A DNA stretch of 64,000 nucleotides from Lama guanicoe. Lineage: Eukaryota. Where the stretch lies: assembly GCA_013239625.1 (NCBI GenBank), contig MU054323.1:10075186-10139185 (forward strand), written 5' to 3'. The notes beneath the pieces are model-generated. The model saw only the letters and a program-made list of their open reading frames with translations, was not told the origin of the DNA and ran no database searches. The position numbers and the translations under genes were made by a program. Below are positions 15,816 through 29,710 of this stretch, piece by piece (within the stretch, counting starts at the first letter, position 1; each line of letters begins with the position of its first letter).

Positions 15816-17395
15816 TTAAACCTGGGTGTGACCCAAAAGGTGAGCCATCACTATAAAAGGGGTCAGAGGCAGAGAAGCAGCTGCTTGTGGTGGTGTCTGG
15901 GGTTTATAGACCAGTTTGGGCCAACTTAGTGTCTCTGCTTTAACACTGCCTTGTTCTCCTTAAGCATTTAGTGGACACCTGTTGTGTGCCAGGCATGACG
16001 GAAGCATGGTCTGGCACGGATAGATGTCTGCTGGATGTGCATTTTCAATTATTTGCCAAGTTCTCCACTTCTCTTGAGCTCTGGGAGGCCATGTCTGTGG
16101 CCAGGAGTGGGAGGTCCAGCTGCGCCCAGAGAATGTCCTGGACTGAGTGTTGATGGGGGAGAGCAAGGAGGGAGAAGTCCTTGTTCTCAGGGTGAGCTCG
16201 TGGCTATTGAGATGGGTGGGGCCAACAGAGGCATCTGGAAGCAAGAATGCAGGTGATGTTGTTATAAAAATCTCTTCTTACCCATTTACAGCTTTACCAG
16301 GACAGCCTGAGACCACTTCTTGCTAATTGCAATATTCTACAGCCTGGCATCTCTTTCATCTCCCAGGACAAATTATTTTAGAGACTCTGGCCTTGTGGGT
16401 GGAGCTTTCGCAAGCCACAGAGATGTCCATGATGTCCATGTGTGCATTTTCTCTTCCGTGTGTCTTACAGGTCTCAGGGGTAGAGCAAGGGAAGTAGGAA
16501 TTAGCTCTTAGCTAGAATTGCACCTCTCTGGGGCTGCTGGTGCTCTGTGCCAAGGTAGGGAAGGAACTCAGAAAAGGTGGACCCTGCCTGGAAAGACTTC
16601 CTCAGGCAGGTCTCCAATCTCTGTCCTCTGCAAAGGGAAGTCTGGCCTTGAGATGGTCTCCTCCTGGGACCCCAGGACACACTTGCTGAGGCTGGCTGTG
16701 GTGATGCCCCTCACCTCCCAGACAGGTGCAGGCAGGTACCACAGCCACATCCCTGAGGAATGCATTTTGCTGCTTGCCTCGTCTCCTATGGAATTCTGCT
16801 GTGCCTGCTGTGGTTGTAAAACGTGGGGAGCTCAGTGAGCTGGGTGCCTCCTCGGGTCACGGCAGAGGCGATCTGGGGGCAAAAGGAGACTGGTCCTACC
16901 TTGTGTACTTTCTAGGTTAGCACACCTTTCTCAGGTGAAGGGCCACTGTCCTCACCTTGTGTGTCTTTTGTGAGGAAGGCAGGACTTCCAGTTTACTAGT
17001 TTGGGAAACCAGGAGACATCAGCTAGAATGGGCAGAAAGAAGCAGCTTCTAAATTCAGTAGCCATGGGATCCCGCTGGAGTTGGCTTCAGAAATACAACT
17101 AAAGAATGCCAGGGTAGCTCTCTATCTTTGGAACACCCCCACCCCTTTTGTTGGGATTTCACCATTAGTGGTTCATCTTTAATAAATGTTCCTTCAAGAT
17201 CCAAGCTGGGAAGTGCTTGGGCCTCAGGCCTCACCCATGGGTCTGGCTGGACAGCAGGATGGCTGGGTTCCTGGGGCCATGTGGCTGGAGTGCTGGGTGT
17301 GAGGGTGCTGGGGGAGGTCATACATGTCCGCTACCCACAATCAGGCCTTCCCTCCTCTGACCCTACCAGAGCCAGCTGGGTGCTCCTGCTCCTGC

Positions 17396-17491
17396 TAGGG
17401 TGACCGACCAACCTGGTTTGCCAAGGATGTGAGGCTTTTGGTGCTAAAATGGGGAAGATCCTGGGCAGACTGAGATATGCTGGTCACTCTT
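17396..17491. mobile_element. hAT-Blackjack MITE (MER81-like)
   Basis: Terminal inverted repeats TAGGGTGACC / GGTCACTCTT. The 8-bp flanks GCTCCTGC and GCTCCAGA look like a decayed hAT target-site duplication. Confidence 0.7.
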
Positions 17492-18012
17492 GCTCCAGAA
17501 CCCCCAGGCTCTTGGTTCCCTGAGCATGGAGCCTCTCACTCTGTGTTGGAGTTCACGTTCAAGTGTCTGTCTCCTTGTCAAAGAAGTCTCTTAAGGAGGT
17601 GGTGGAGGAGGAGGAGGACCAGGTCTTTTTTAGCTTTTAGCTCTATGCCTGTTACACAGAGGATATCAGTAAATGTTCAATGTGGAAGTAACCCACCATC
17701 TGGCTGTGGGTACATCCTATTGATTAGATCACAGCAGTTTTGAGGAAGCACAGATGGTTCAGATAATATGAACCAGACCTGTGGGAGCAGAGCAGGCCTG
17801 TTTGGGACCCCATGTAACTATCCCAGGCCACTCACTGTTCCCCAAATACGCCCTGTACATTCACTTTTTTAAGTGGCTCCATTGTGACCTAGAAAAGTTA
17901 ATTCAGCCGCCGAAGGGCCTCTTCCCTGCGCAGGTGCCATGGGACCTTGAAGAGCTGGTGCCTTTGCTTGGGCCACAGCACCTTGGCCACTGACACCCTC
18001 CATCTCTTCCAG

Positions 18013-18099
18013 ACAAACTTGGCCTCCTGCAAGCGTTTGCTGGGCAGGTGCGTTTCCTGAGAGGCCGCGCGGTGCTTGATGTCACAGAACGTCTGTCTG
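18013..18099 (+). CDS. TOGARAM2: TOGARAM2 penultimate coding exon
   Basis: Acceptor CATCTCTTCCAG|AC. Encodes (D)KLGLLQAFAGQVRFLRGRAVLDVTERLS. Donor G|GTGAGC, phase 1/1. Locally CpG-rich compared with its flanks. Confidence 0.9.
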
Positions 18100-21000
18100 G
18101 TGAGCACCCCAGCCTTCCAGCTGATCTCTGTTCTCTCCTGGCTGACAGTTGAACTACCCGCTTAGACCAAAAAATCATCAAATAATCCCCATAGGCCACT
18201 TAAAAAATTTGATAATCTACTTCTAAAAGTAATTCCCACAGTGCCAGAGGATAATCTTTGTTTTTGGTCAAAATGAGGCAGGTCTGTACGTAACCAAAAT
18301 AGTTTTAAAGGAACTATTGCGCATTTCTTCCTCTTTGCAAAGGTGGCTTCCACCAGCCCAGAGGGTTCCTCTGCATAAATCAGAAAAAGCCATGCCTCCT
18401 GGTAGACACCACCTTGTGGGTGCATGGCCAGGTCGGGGCAGCACTGTCGCTCTGATCTTGGGCAGGTTACTGAACTTGCCAAAACGCCTCCTCCCCTGTC
18501 CTAGGAGGGTCCCATCTAGGAAGGAGGCAGAAGGACTCAATCTGTTCTCTAGACTTTCAAGGGCACCCCTAAAATGCAGATGGAACATGTCACCCCAGCT
18601 TAAGTCCCTGTGTGTCTCCCAAGCAGTGTCCAGGATGGTGTCCAGGGTCCCTGGAATGGCCCACAAGGCCCATGACTGCCTGGCCTTCCAGGCTCTGCCC
18701 TCTTACCCCCAACAAGGATATGCACTGGATTATTTACTTCTCATAACAACCCCACAAGGGAGGGCATGGGTTCCATGGTTATTCCTTTTGTAGAAATACG
18801 GAACACGGAGCTCAGAAAGGTTAAGTGCCCAGGGTCCCTTGGTGAATAATCCAGGATTTGTCCCCAGAAGCTGGGCTGCAGATCCAAGCCCTCAATCTCT
18901 GTACTGTGCTCTGTGCCTGGGCAGCCCTGCCTTTGCCTCCTTGGTGCCAGTGGCTGACTTCCCATCCTCTCCCCTTTGCCTGCCCACGTGCAAAGCCCTT
19001 CTCACGCTTCTTCTCTCCCTGGGTGGTGCCTGCTTCATCTGCATCACCTCTTCTGTCTCCCTTCTCCCCAGCCTTCCTGCCCGAGTTTCATCTGGCCCAG
19101 CCAGGGCCTCACAGCATTAGGCCCTTGAAGGGTGCTCAGGCATGTTGCCTGCCTGAGGCCATCATTCCAGCTCCTCTGTGGCCCCATCTACTCCTCTTGG
19201 CCTTGCCTCTGTGGCCTGGTTCAGTCCTCTAAGTGTCCCTGGAATGGCCCCTTACCTCCAGTCCAAGTGCCAGGCCTTCTCCAAGCAGGTGAGGCAAGTT
19301 GGGCTGGGCTGGGGACGATAATGCGGCCACAGCGCTGGGCTGTGGGTGCCCTGGGATGAGAATAGAACCATGTAACTGAAACCACCCTGGGTACCAGACA
19401 AGAAACTCTTTTCTGTTGCTCAAAAGCAGCATTCTCTGGTTGAAACCCTTACCTGTCCTTGTATAGGTAATTTATGGGCCCCAGAGGCAGGTGAGTATCC
19501 ATTTACTGTAAATATTTCCCATCTATTTCCAAGAGATCTCAAGCACAAGAGTTCCTACATAGTTCTGTTAACCCCTTGTCAGCCAGGAACAGGGAAGAAA
19601 ATTTCAATTGACTCAAGGTGTGGACTAATAATAGCACAGCTTAATGGGAGTAAATCTTTTGCTAATTTCTTTAGCTGCCTTTTAAGCTCAAACTTAATAG
19701 GGTTTTCCTCCCAAAGCCAACACTGCCAGCTAGAGAGCCAGCCCCCTCTCCTCAGGCGGGTGAATGTGGACTGATGGTGAAAGTAAGCGCCCATCCTGGG
19801 GCCCGGGTGTAAACGCCTTGCTGCGGGAGGGAGAGCCTGGAGGGTGCGGCAGGCTAGGTCACACCTGTGGTTGGGTCAGGGGAGTCCTGCCTGGGTCTGG
19901 CATTTGGGATAGTTCTCACCTCCGTCTGCAGGAGAGATTCAGCAGAGATTTAGGAAGCCTTTGAGTTATAGTTGTTCAGTATAGGTGGATAATCAGGATT
20001 ATTGGGGTTTTTTGGTTCCTTATGGCTGCCCACCTCCCATCACCCTTGGGGCTGACTCAGTGGCTTTCGGGTTAACTGTGCCTGTTTCCAGCACAGGTAA
20101 TGTAACTGTCGCATCTTGACCCCACTTTATGAAGACATGGCTGGGTTGGCTCATTGAGAGCGGTCCTGCCTTCCCAGGAAGGAGGACGGCCTTTACTTTG
20201 GAGGTCTCTGTGACCCTGGGAGTCCCTGAGGAGGCCCACAGTGTGGGGTGTAGAAACCCTGAGGGTCTGGCCTGAAGGTCGAGGGACACAGTGTACGGGA
20301 AGAGGCACTGCGGGAACTCAGGCTGAGCTGCAGGGGAGTTGTCCTCCTCTCTGGTCCCCTGCTGTCCCAGCCTGGCTCTGAAGTCAGAGGGGCCCCATGG
20401 GGCTTCTGCTGCAAAATATCCTAGGGAGTTGAATTAAGTTAAGCTGATGAAGGAAGAACAAATAGGGGGTTTCACTAAAAATAAAACTCCAGGCCAGCCT
20501 CTGAAATGTGGAACTCCAAGAAGTTTGGGGCGTGACGGGTGGGAAGAACATGGGCTTTGGAGTCAAGGCAGGCTTGGCTTCTGTCCTCCACCTTTGTTAG
20601 CCGTGGGGTCTTGGCCAAACTACTTGACCCCTGAGTGTTGGTTTCCTCCTCTGTGAAATGGATGAGTGTCCTGTCTCTCGGGTGAGAATGAAATGGAGTC
20701 ACGTTGCAAGACTCTGAGCCCTGGACTCGAGCTCAGGCAGTGTTAGTTTCCTGGGCATATGTCTGCCCAGGGAACCTGCCAGTTTCTTTGCCTCATGAAC
20801 AAATCAAGTGCTTCTCTCAGCATCTTATCTTTTGGCAAGATGACAGGCAGAGCACGCTGATTGTCAAGCAAGCATTATTAGCAATGAATGTAGTGCAACC
20901 AAGGCAGAGGGCCAGAGCAGCCCCTCCGAAGTGGCTTGGTGTAGCTGTTGACGTGGCCTTGACATTGGGGGCAACTCGGCATCTACTGAGTGGAGGGCTT

Positions 21001-21498
21001 GCCAGCAGGTTTAGCCTGCTTCTGGATTTTCTGGGGTTTAGAGAAGGTGGGGGGCCTGGGATAACCGATTTGTGGGGTCGTCACTGGAATGAAGGGTCTG
21101 TGCAGAGCTTGATAGTTTACAAAGCACGTGCATGCCTCCTGCTTTACTGCCGGGCTGATCGTGAGGTTTGGCGTCAAGACACTGGAGAGGCCATGCTGCT
21201 CTCACCTCCCACTGGCTGTTCTGAGAGCATCTTGACTTCTCTCCCTAGTGCACGTTTTCGCTGTTGAACGCCCAAGGTGGTAATGCTGATGAGCGCACCA
21301 TCACTCATGCCTTCTCGTACATTTACCACCTAACGTCTACCTACCTTGAGAGTTTGGTTCAGAATTATTATCCTTATTTACACATTAGGGAACAGGCTCA
21401 GAAAGGTTGGGTGACTTTCTCAAGCTCACACATCTAGTAAGTAGCAGAGGCCGGATTGCGATCCAGGTATGTCTGCCTCTTTCCTCTCCCCTGGGCTG

Positions 21499-22098
<600 letters not shown>

Positions 22099-22296
22099 GG
22101 CAGCCCCAAGGTCACCGACAGTGGAAAGGGACCAGACAGCAGGACAACTGGCAGCTCACACCCCTTTCAGCTGGATTAAAGACGGATCTGAAATGGGCAA
22201 TCATTATTTTTATCTTATTTGATTTTTATGATGGAACAATCTCCTGGTCTACTTTCCCTTAGTGTTCCAAATGTACATAGTATATTTTGAAGTAGA

Positions 22297-22302
22297 AATA
22301 AA
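22297..22302 (+). terminator. TOGARAM2: Probable TOGARAM2 polyadenylation signal (AATAAA)
   Basis: First AATAAA after the stop, with TGTA upstream and T-rich sequence downstream. Confidence 0.7.
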
Positions 22303-22444
22303 AGAATTTCTTATTTTTTTAAGGTTTTATTATCTTGTACTTTTGTAGCCTCAGAGAATTTTCCAATAGCTAGGTTTGTGACAAAGAGAACAAGATGTGA
22401 TATCGAGGTAACCTAGGAAGAAGATGCAATGCATATCACATACG

Positions 22445-22810
22445 CACAGTGGAATACTACTCAGCCATAAAAAAGATGAAATCCTGTGACAACATGGATG
22501 AAACTCGAGGGTATCATGCTAAGTGAAATAAATCAGATGGCGAAAGACAAAGACAGTAAGTTTTCACTCATGTGAAATATAAAATATAATCAAAAGCAAA
22601 AACCAACCAAACAAAAATGAACAAATCAAACAAAAGCAAACAGATACAGAGAACAGAATAGTGGTTACCAGAGGGGAAGGGTGGGGGGGAGGGCAAAATA
22701 AATAAAAGGGTTCAGCTGTATAGATGAAGAGAAACTAAACCTCACTGTAATGTATGCAAAAGTCAAAATATAATATTGTACACATAAAAAATTAAAAAAA
22801 GAAAAAAATC
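22445..22810 (+). mobile_element. L1 3'-end fragment
   Basis: GGAATACTACTCAGCCATAAAAAAGATGAAATC...CAACATGGATGAAACTCGAGGGTATCATGCTAAGTGAAATAAATCAG...GTGGTTACCAGAGGGGAAGGGG then an A-rich tail. This is the L1 ORF2 end plus 3'UTR pattern. Confidence 0.88.
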
Positions 22811-25019
22811 CATGACAACAGCCAAACCAGCTGCAGATGCTTGAGAGGAAGAATTCAGGAGGAAAAGTGTAGTATAGACTCACATGTTGTAGACCATTTA
22901 GGGGCATAGCTCCTCTCTGTTAGCAGCTGGACAAGCCCTCCTGAACCCAGAGATCCTGAGTCGGTCATTCAAATCCAGCCCATTTGTCATAAGCCTGATT
23001 TAGGGTGAATGTAGCCAACATCTCTGGGGCATCCTGCTTCTGCCTTACAAAACCTTCAGTGCAGCGGCTGTTGGTCCTGTGGGAACCTTCTAACGAGACC
23101 TATTCAGTGTATCAAAAGGCGAGAAGAGTTTGACGCTGGCATTACGAAAAGCCCTCTCTGGAAGCTGGCTTTCTGGCTAGTTCTGAAGAGGACTAGGCCA
23201 GGTTTCACACTTGAAAGACCAGAAATGAAAGGACTGGGCGGAGCACGAAGCGCCAGACGATGTGCGGATGTCACGTGGGAGCTCTGAAATGGCACGGGTT
23301 ACTCCAGCTGGGCCGGACTGCGAAACTGAAGAGAGCTGTGTTGGATGTGGGCTGGGTCAGAACACAGGGAAGCTGAGAGAGGTGGGGCCGGCGATGGAGG
23401 AGCAGCCAGAGAGAGGTCCTGGCAGTGAGAAGGTCATGTCCTGCCTCGGGCTTTAGACACAGTAGGAGTGGCTCTGCCTTGCTCTGGGCCAGCGCAGGTT
23501 GACCATGGTGCGACCAGGAAGAATTCGAGCTCAGATCATGACCTCAAACACACAGGTAAGGTGAAGGCTCCAGGGGCGGCATGCCAGCCCCAGCCTGGGA
23601 GCGAGGCCCACAGCACCACGCTGGGGCAGACTTAGAGGATGAGGCCCTGAGGCTCAGCTTCATGCCAGCAAGTTTTCTGGCAGGCCCACCAGTGGCCCCC
23701 TCTCTACTGTCACCCACCCCAGGTACCACATCAGGTCCACTTCACTGTTGTGAGCCTCTCCTGGGGAGTATGGCCCAGAGCAGGCTGGGAAGCTTCAAAT
23801 CAACTCCTTTATTTCCAAAGCCCTGGCTGCCCCTGGCTGAGGAAGTCACTTTTCCATCCTACCACGTTGCCACTGGCTGTAACTAGGCTGCCCCTCCACC
23901 CCTACCAATGCCCTGGGGCGAGGTTGGGCATGGCACAGTCATCCTGGGACTTGGGCTTTTAATAGGAGGCTTAAGTGTGTCTGGGTAATTCCAGCCCCAG
24001 CCTGAGCTGCTTCTCAGCTCTTTGTGACCCCAGCAGGGGCTTCCCCAGCGCCACCACCATGCTATTTGGAGATTCTGACCGAATCAGGTTAAAGGTCTGC
24101 TTTAGACAAGGAACCATTCAAAGATGCCTAAAAGGCTGATTTTAAACATGTGTGAACTTTTACACAATTTAGTTAATTGAGTTTGCTTAGCATCTGAGCA
24201 GACTTTTTCCGGTTTGGTTGTGAGACTGACACTTCCTGCTTGTCAAGATCTAGAACCTATCAAAATGTTTCAGAAATTTTTAGAACTGTAGGAGACTCGG
24301 GATTTTGAAGGCAGAAATTAAGCTCAAAGACAATGCCCTGTCTGCCTGCGTTCTGTCTTCTGTCTTCAAAACAGGAAGCGTCTCCTGAGCTCTGTACCAA
24401 TCCTCACAGGTGGGTGTTTAAAATAACTGCAAACAGCTGAAAAGTAAAGAATAAATCTTTGCATGGTCTGTTTGCCTTCACTATTTCAGGTTTTCTTCTA
24501 GTCTCTGGGCAGCTGGGCTTTGCAGCGAAGTCTCTGGCACAACCCCGGTGGGGAGGAAATTTCAGTCTTTCAAGTTTCCCACATCATTACTTTTAAAGCA
24601 AAGGGAAGACAGTGTATTAGTAAGCTGGGCCTGGGCCTTTGGGAAGTGGCTGCAAGAATGAGGCCTGATGGGAAATGAAGATTGTCCTGAGAGCCAGGGC
24701 GGGTCTGAGCAGAGCCCACCCTGTTCTTTGCTTGGCTGTGTGTGGTCAGGAACTCTACTTACCCAAGAGCGCGGGTGGCATGTAGCCTCCAGCTATGGAA
24801 GAGCTGGCACACGTGCTCTCTCCTATACCCACCCCTGCTCTCTCTCTCTCCTTCTCTCCCTCCCTCCCTCTCTCCCTCTCCCTCCAGTGTGAGAATCAAG
24901 GACCAAAGACTTGTCTCAGAACATGTACTGCTTAGGAATTCCTCAGCTTGGGAATTTTTGAGATTTTAGGAAAAAATTTTACAGGCCCTGCTTCATTTCT
25001 TACCTTCTGAGCAGAGAAA

Positions 25020-26287
25020 CGTTTCTCCGTTCTCATGGTGCTTTGGAATCATCCAGTGAGATTTAAAAAAAATGCTGACACCTGGGCCCCACCCCTGGGG
25101 ATTTTGATTCAGTTGATATGAGGTGGGGCCCAGGCAGCTGTCTTTTTCTTTTTTATTTCCCCAGCTTTATTGAGATATGATGGACCTATAACATTGCATA
25201 CATTTAAGGTGTTCAATTGTTTACGAACAGGTTCGTTTGCCTGACGCGCAGTAAGCTAAACGCTGAGACACCGGGATTTGTAGCAGAGAAAGGGTTTATT
25301 CATGAGGCAGCCAAATGAGGAGATGAGAACAAGTCTCAAATCTGCCTCCCCGAAGGCCAGGGACTCGGGTGTTTATGGGATAAATGTCAAGGCGTGGGGA
25401 GCGTAGGGGAAGGTGGTAGAAGACAAGAAAAGTGAGGTCATTGTTTTGCGCAGGTGCAGCTAAGCTGCAGCTTCTTCATGGGACGCGTGCTCAGAAAACG
25501 TGGCCCTAGCATCTCTGAGGGTGGGGGTTTTGGCTCTCTGAGGTCAAAAGGTCACGGATCAGACAGTCACGCATGCCCAGTTGGAGGGTCGGCAGTCTCA
25601 ACCAGTCTTAATTGGCTCGAGCTGTGTAACAGCTGACTCCAAGTTCCTGAAAAACAACTTGGGCTAACATCTCACTGTTTAGGCTACCTAATGCTTGAAG
25701 GACATGCAAGGTTTTGTAAAAACAATTGAAGTGAGCTTGATGAGTGAAGGTAGGTTGCAGTTTCTTACTGTTAAACAAGCTATAGTTTACTGGCTCCAAC
25801 GGATGACCACCCTCTGTTTCATACTGTATTGTTTGACACGTTTATATATTGCAAAATGATTCGCATCTCAGCATTAGCTAATACCTGCAGCCAGTCACAT
25901 AATTACTATTTGTGTTGAGAACATTTACGATTTACTCTCTTGGCAACATTCATGTACATAATACAGAATTATTAGCTAGAATCAACATGTTGTGCATTAG
26001 AGCCCCAGAACTGATTAACCTTATAACTGGAAATTTGTACGCTTTGCCCGGTATCTCCGCATTTCCCTCCTCCACCACTGGCACTGGCACCGCTCGCTCC
26101 CTACTCCAGCCCCTGGTAAGCACCACTCTACTGTTTCTCTGAATTCAGCTTCAAGTTGTCACAAAAGGCAAGATTTCCTTCTTTCTCCTGTCTGAATAGT
26201 ATTACATTTTTTTTCTTTTCTTTCTCCTCTTTTATACTTTTCTCTTCAATGAATTCTAATGCGTGGCCAAATTCTGAAACTGCAGTA
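25020..26287. mobile_element. MER5A-type hAT MITE split by an L1 3' fragment (minus strand; about 25147-25217 and 25822-26235)
   Basis: The left half contains the inverted repeat CCTGGGCCCCACC...GGTGGGGCCCAGG. The right half (ATTCTAATGCGTGGCCAAATTCTGAAAC) is at about 26250-26287. Between them is L1MA-like sequence (CAGCTTTATTGAGATATGA...TGTGCATTAGAGCCCCAGAACT...). Confidence 0.65.
25218..25821 (-). mobile_element. Solo ERV LTR (about 604 bp, ERV1-like)
   Basis: TG...CA termini (minus strand TGAAAC...AAACA) and a minus-strand AATAAA at 25295-25300. It interrupts otherwise continuous L1 sequence. The 4-bp flanks CAAT/TACT match only 2/4. Confidence 0.75.
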
Positions 26288-27025
26288 AAATCAAAGGTGT
26301 AGAACATGGCAGATCTTTGGTCCTGTGGGCAACTGGCCTGTCAGTTCTCCTTACCTGGCAGCCCTGGGGTGTCCTGGGTTCAGGACAGGTAAGGGACTGG
26401 AGTCAGAGAGGCTGGACTCAAATCCAGGCACTGTTGCTTCCTGGTGTGTGGCTTTGGATCTTCCCTTATCAATCCAGGGTGTGTGTGTGTATGGGTGTGG
26501 GTGTGTGTGTTTTGTGTATGTGATAGCAAGGGGCAGGGGGATTGACAACAATGCCCACTTTAACTGAGCTATTGTGATGATTAATGAGATAATTCTTGTA
26601 AGTACTTAGCACAAGGCCATGAGCCCAGGAAGCACTTGATAAATGCTGGCCATTATGTTTCTGGGGTCATTGCTTTGGGAGCAGCGAGGATCAAGGTCTT
26701 GCCGGCCCTGCAGCCCTCAGAGTTGGAAGAGAGAATGTGCCTTGGAGCTTTATGGAGCCTGAGACTCATGTTAGCCTTTGCTGGGCTTGTTTCAGAGGAT
26801 GGAGCATGTTCTGCCCTCTCTGCTGGTAAGTTAGGGCTGTTCTTACCACTGGGGACCTGTCACCTCTCCCTCACAGCCACCCTCGGCATCCTCACCCCCA
26901 TCCCAGGAGACACCTTGAAGCTCTTCTCCCTGCAGGCTTGTTCCCTCCCCTCCACACCTCCTGTGACTCTCAGCTGAGGGCAGAAGGGTTGGGAGGATCA
27001 AAGAGCTCTTTTTTGCTGAAAGCAT

Positions 27026-27057
27026 TTTCCTTACACTGTAATTTCCTTACACTGTAA
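27026..27057. repeat. Perfect 16-bp tandem duplication (TTTCCTTACACTGTAA x2)
   Basis: Seen directly. Confidence 0.95.
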
Positions 27058-29704
27058 TGGTTCTGCCATTAGGAGAAGAAGGGAGAAATGATGATGGTAA
27101 AAGATCATATTCTATCTCCTGGGAATGGAGGGAGGAGCTGGTCTGGCAGGGACCACAATTTGAGGGCCGAGCCCTAGGACACAGTTAGAAAGGGCCGAGC
27201 TTGGGTCTGCTCTCAGGTCTGTCTGACTCCAAAGCCCCTGACATGCTCCAGGTACCCTGTGGCTCCCAGGTCGCTACCTCCCCTTGGGGCAGTCTGACAG
27301 GACTGGTTAAAATTCCCCTGATCTCCCGCAGTTAATCTGGCCTCAGAGTTTTGCCCCTAACAACTTCAGGGCAGAGAGGGCCTGCTTGGTCTGCTCTGGT
27401 CATCAGGACACGCTGCAGACCCTTGGCCATCCAACTGTGGCCTCTGGTAGGGATAGGATTTGTGGAAATAGATGAAGACCAACCACATGTGGAAAGCAAA
27501 GACTATTTATTCAGAGCTCGTTATAGCCAGGGAGTCAGCCACTATCACTGGTGTTTTGGCAGAGATGGAAGGGTAGGGGTGGGGGCAGGTGGTCCAGTTT
27601 GGTCCTTCCCATCCCTGGGGCTTATTCCGGGGGCACTGTGGCTTCTCTGTACCCTGCAACTTGCTGTTTCAGTGAAGAAGGTTGTAACATTTGACGGTTT
27701 TGTTTTGTTTTAACCACACACAGCTTTATAATTACCTCTCTGTGGTTTGACAGCTGTTATTAGCATCACCTTGGGTTCTCCTTGAGAATTTTTACGTCCA
27801 GAAAGTGATCCAGCAACACTGTGGCTGGTGTCAGAAGCTGTTAACTAAACACAAGCTTTAAAAAGTCACCAGATTTTGTAAACACAGCCAATCCTGTCCC
27901 TTCCAAAGGAGAAAAGAAAAGCTAGATAAATAATTTTCATGAAGGCAGTTTGTTTTCCAGGGTCTATATTTCCCTTCTGTCTCATCCACTGGTTTTTTTT
28001 TACCACTTGGGACACTAGCAGTAAAGTGTAAGAGCTGTTTCCAGAATGAGGTTTTGTCTGTACCTGCTGGAAGTTTCACCTGGAAGCCCATTTTGGGGGG
28101 TCACGGTGATGAAGGACAAATTATTTTCTTAATGCCAGGGGCAGTTTTATACGTGGGGGGGGGAGGGGGAGGGTGCAGAGAGGGGATTATTATTTTTTAA
28201 ATTCTCTTGGAAATTTTGAGCTTCCATCCAAGCTATTTTAAGAGGAATGGCTAAAATTATAACTGGACTTTGGATATGAAAAATAATTTCCTATTTGCAA
28301 AATTTGAGGAAAACTGAGAATTTCTTCCAAAGTAGGTTGTGAGATCTTTTTCTAGGGCTGACTCCCTGGAATAATCTAAATCCTGCTGCAGTAGGTGTTA
28401 GAACCAAGGCTGGCCAGGGGCTGGGGGCTTGTTCTGCCACTGGCTGGCAATGCGTCTTGGGAGCAAAACATTTGACATCTCTCAGCCTGCCTTTTTTTCT
28501 CACATGTAAAAGACATTGGAAAAAACACTTGCTTTGTTCATCTCATAGGAGTTTGTTTTTTCCAAAGATCTAATGAAACAATATAGATAATTGTACTTTG
28601 AAAAAGGAGAGTGTTACACACAAAGAAAAAGTATAATTATGATTAACTCTAGCCTTCTCGCAATAAAACCTGCTATTCCCAAGGCACTGCGTTCCTACCA
28701 GCTGACAGACAAATCACTTAGGACTCAACATGGGAATAAATGGGAGATTCAGAAGCTTAATTTGCTTTTTTCCTCTTTGGTATGTTTGACATATGTAGTT
28801 GTGATTGCTAGCAAAATGTTTTAAAGTCTTTTCAGTTTGAAAGACATGGAATTCTTCAAAGAAGCAAGTCAATTCTAGCTAAATATGACAGCTGTTTTTA
28901 ACTTTCTTCAAGATCAAAGCACAGATCTGGAAGGAAGGGGAAATGGTTCTGAGTTCTTCATCAGAATCTTAGTGCAGCGATGGCAGAGGTGAATGCTACG
29001 AGCAAAGGTAGTGCAGGGATTACCAACTCAGCTCCCCGAAATGCCTCAAAAAGTTGGTTTAGAAAAGGCAGGTTTGCTCACGTCTTGCAGATGGCAGGAT
29101 AAGTAGGTTGGCATTGTCATCGCTGCTTTATAGATGAAGAAACGCCCATGAAAGCCAGGTCACAGGGTGTGGGGATGGAGGTGTCAGCGTAACCATCAGG
29201 AGCGGGAGGAACTCTGGCTCGCATGGTGATGCTCGCTTTCACCACACCCCTCCTTCTTTCTCCTCTTGCTCCTGTTCATCTTTTTCCCTCCAATTCAGAC
29301 CCATCAGGTTTGTCTAGGGGCATTGCCTGAGTCCTTTTAGCGCCATTATTCCAGCCAGACTGTTGACTTGGGTGCCAAACGTCAAGGGTGTCTGAGATGA
29401 CTGCATTCGGAACCCAGGCTAACAGTTCCATCCACGCAAAGCCCACAGGCTACCTGTGAAGTTACTTTCTGAAGTCCATGAGTGTAATCAAGCCAACAGG
29501 GTCCAGGGTCCTCCATAAAACTGAATTAGACTCCTGAGTGAATGAACTGTTTGCTCCCCTGCATGTGCAGTGCATCCTTAATTACATTTCATCAAAATGG
29601 ATGGATGGATTGATGGAACTTTATTTAAATTTCAGGTAGTTATGGGGAGTAAACCATAGTGCAATATAACACATCCTGTTAATACAGGCTCAGAACACGT
29701 TGAC

Positions 29705-29710
29705 TTTATT
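29705..29710 (-). terminator. PCARE: Candidate PCARE polyadenylation signal (AATAAA on minus; alternatives at 29620-29625 and 29891-29896)
   Basis: A cluster of TTTATT on + about 2.5-2.75 kb downstream of the PCARE stop, consistent with a multi-kb 3'UTR. The site actually used cannot be determined from sequence. Confidence 0.4.

Noticed and set aside
25081..25134. 13-bp perfect inverted repeat as a pre-miRNA or structured RNA
   Set aside because: It is the usual internal palindrome of MER5A-type elements.
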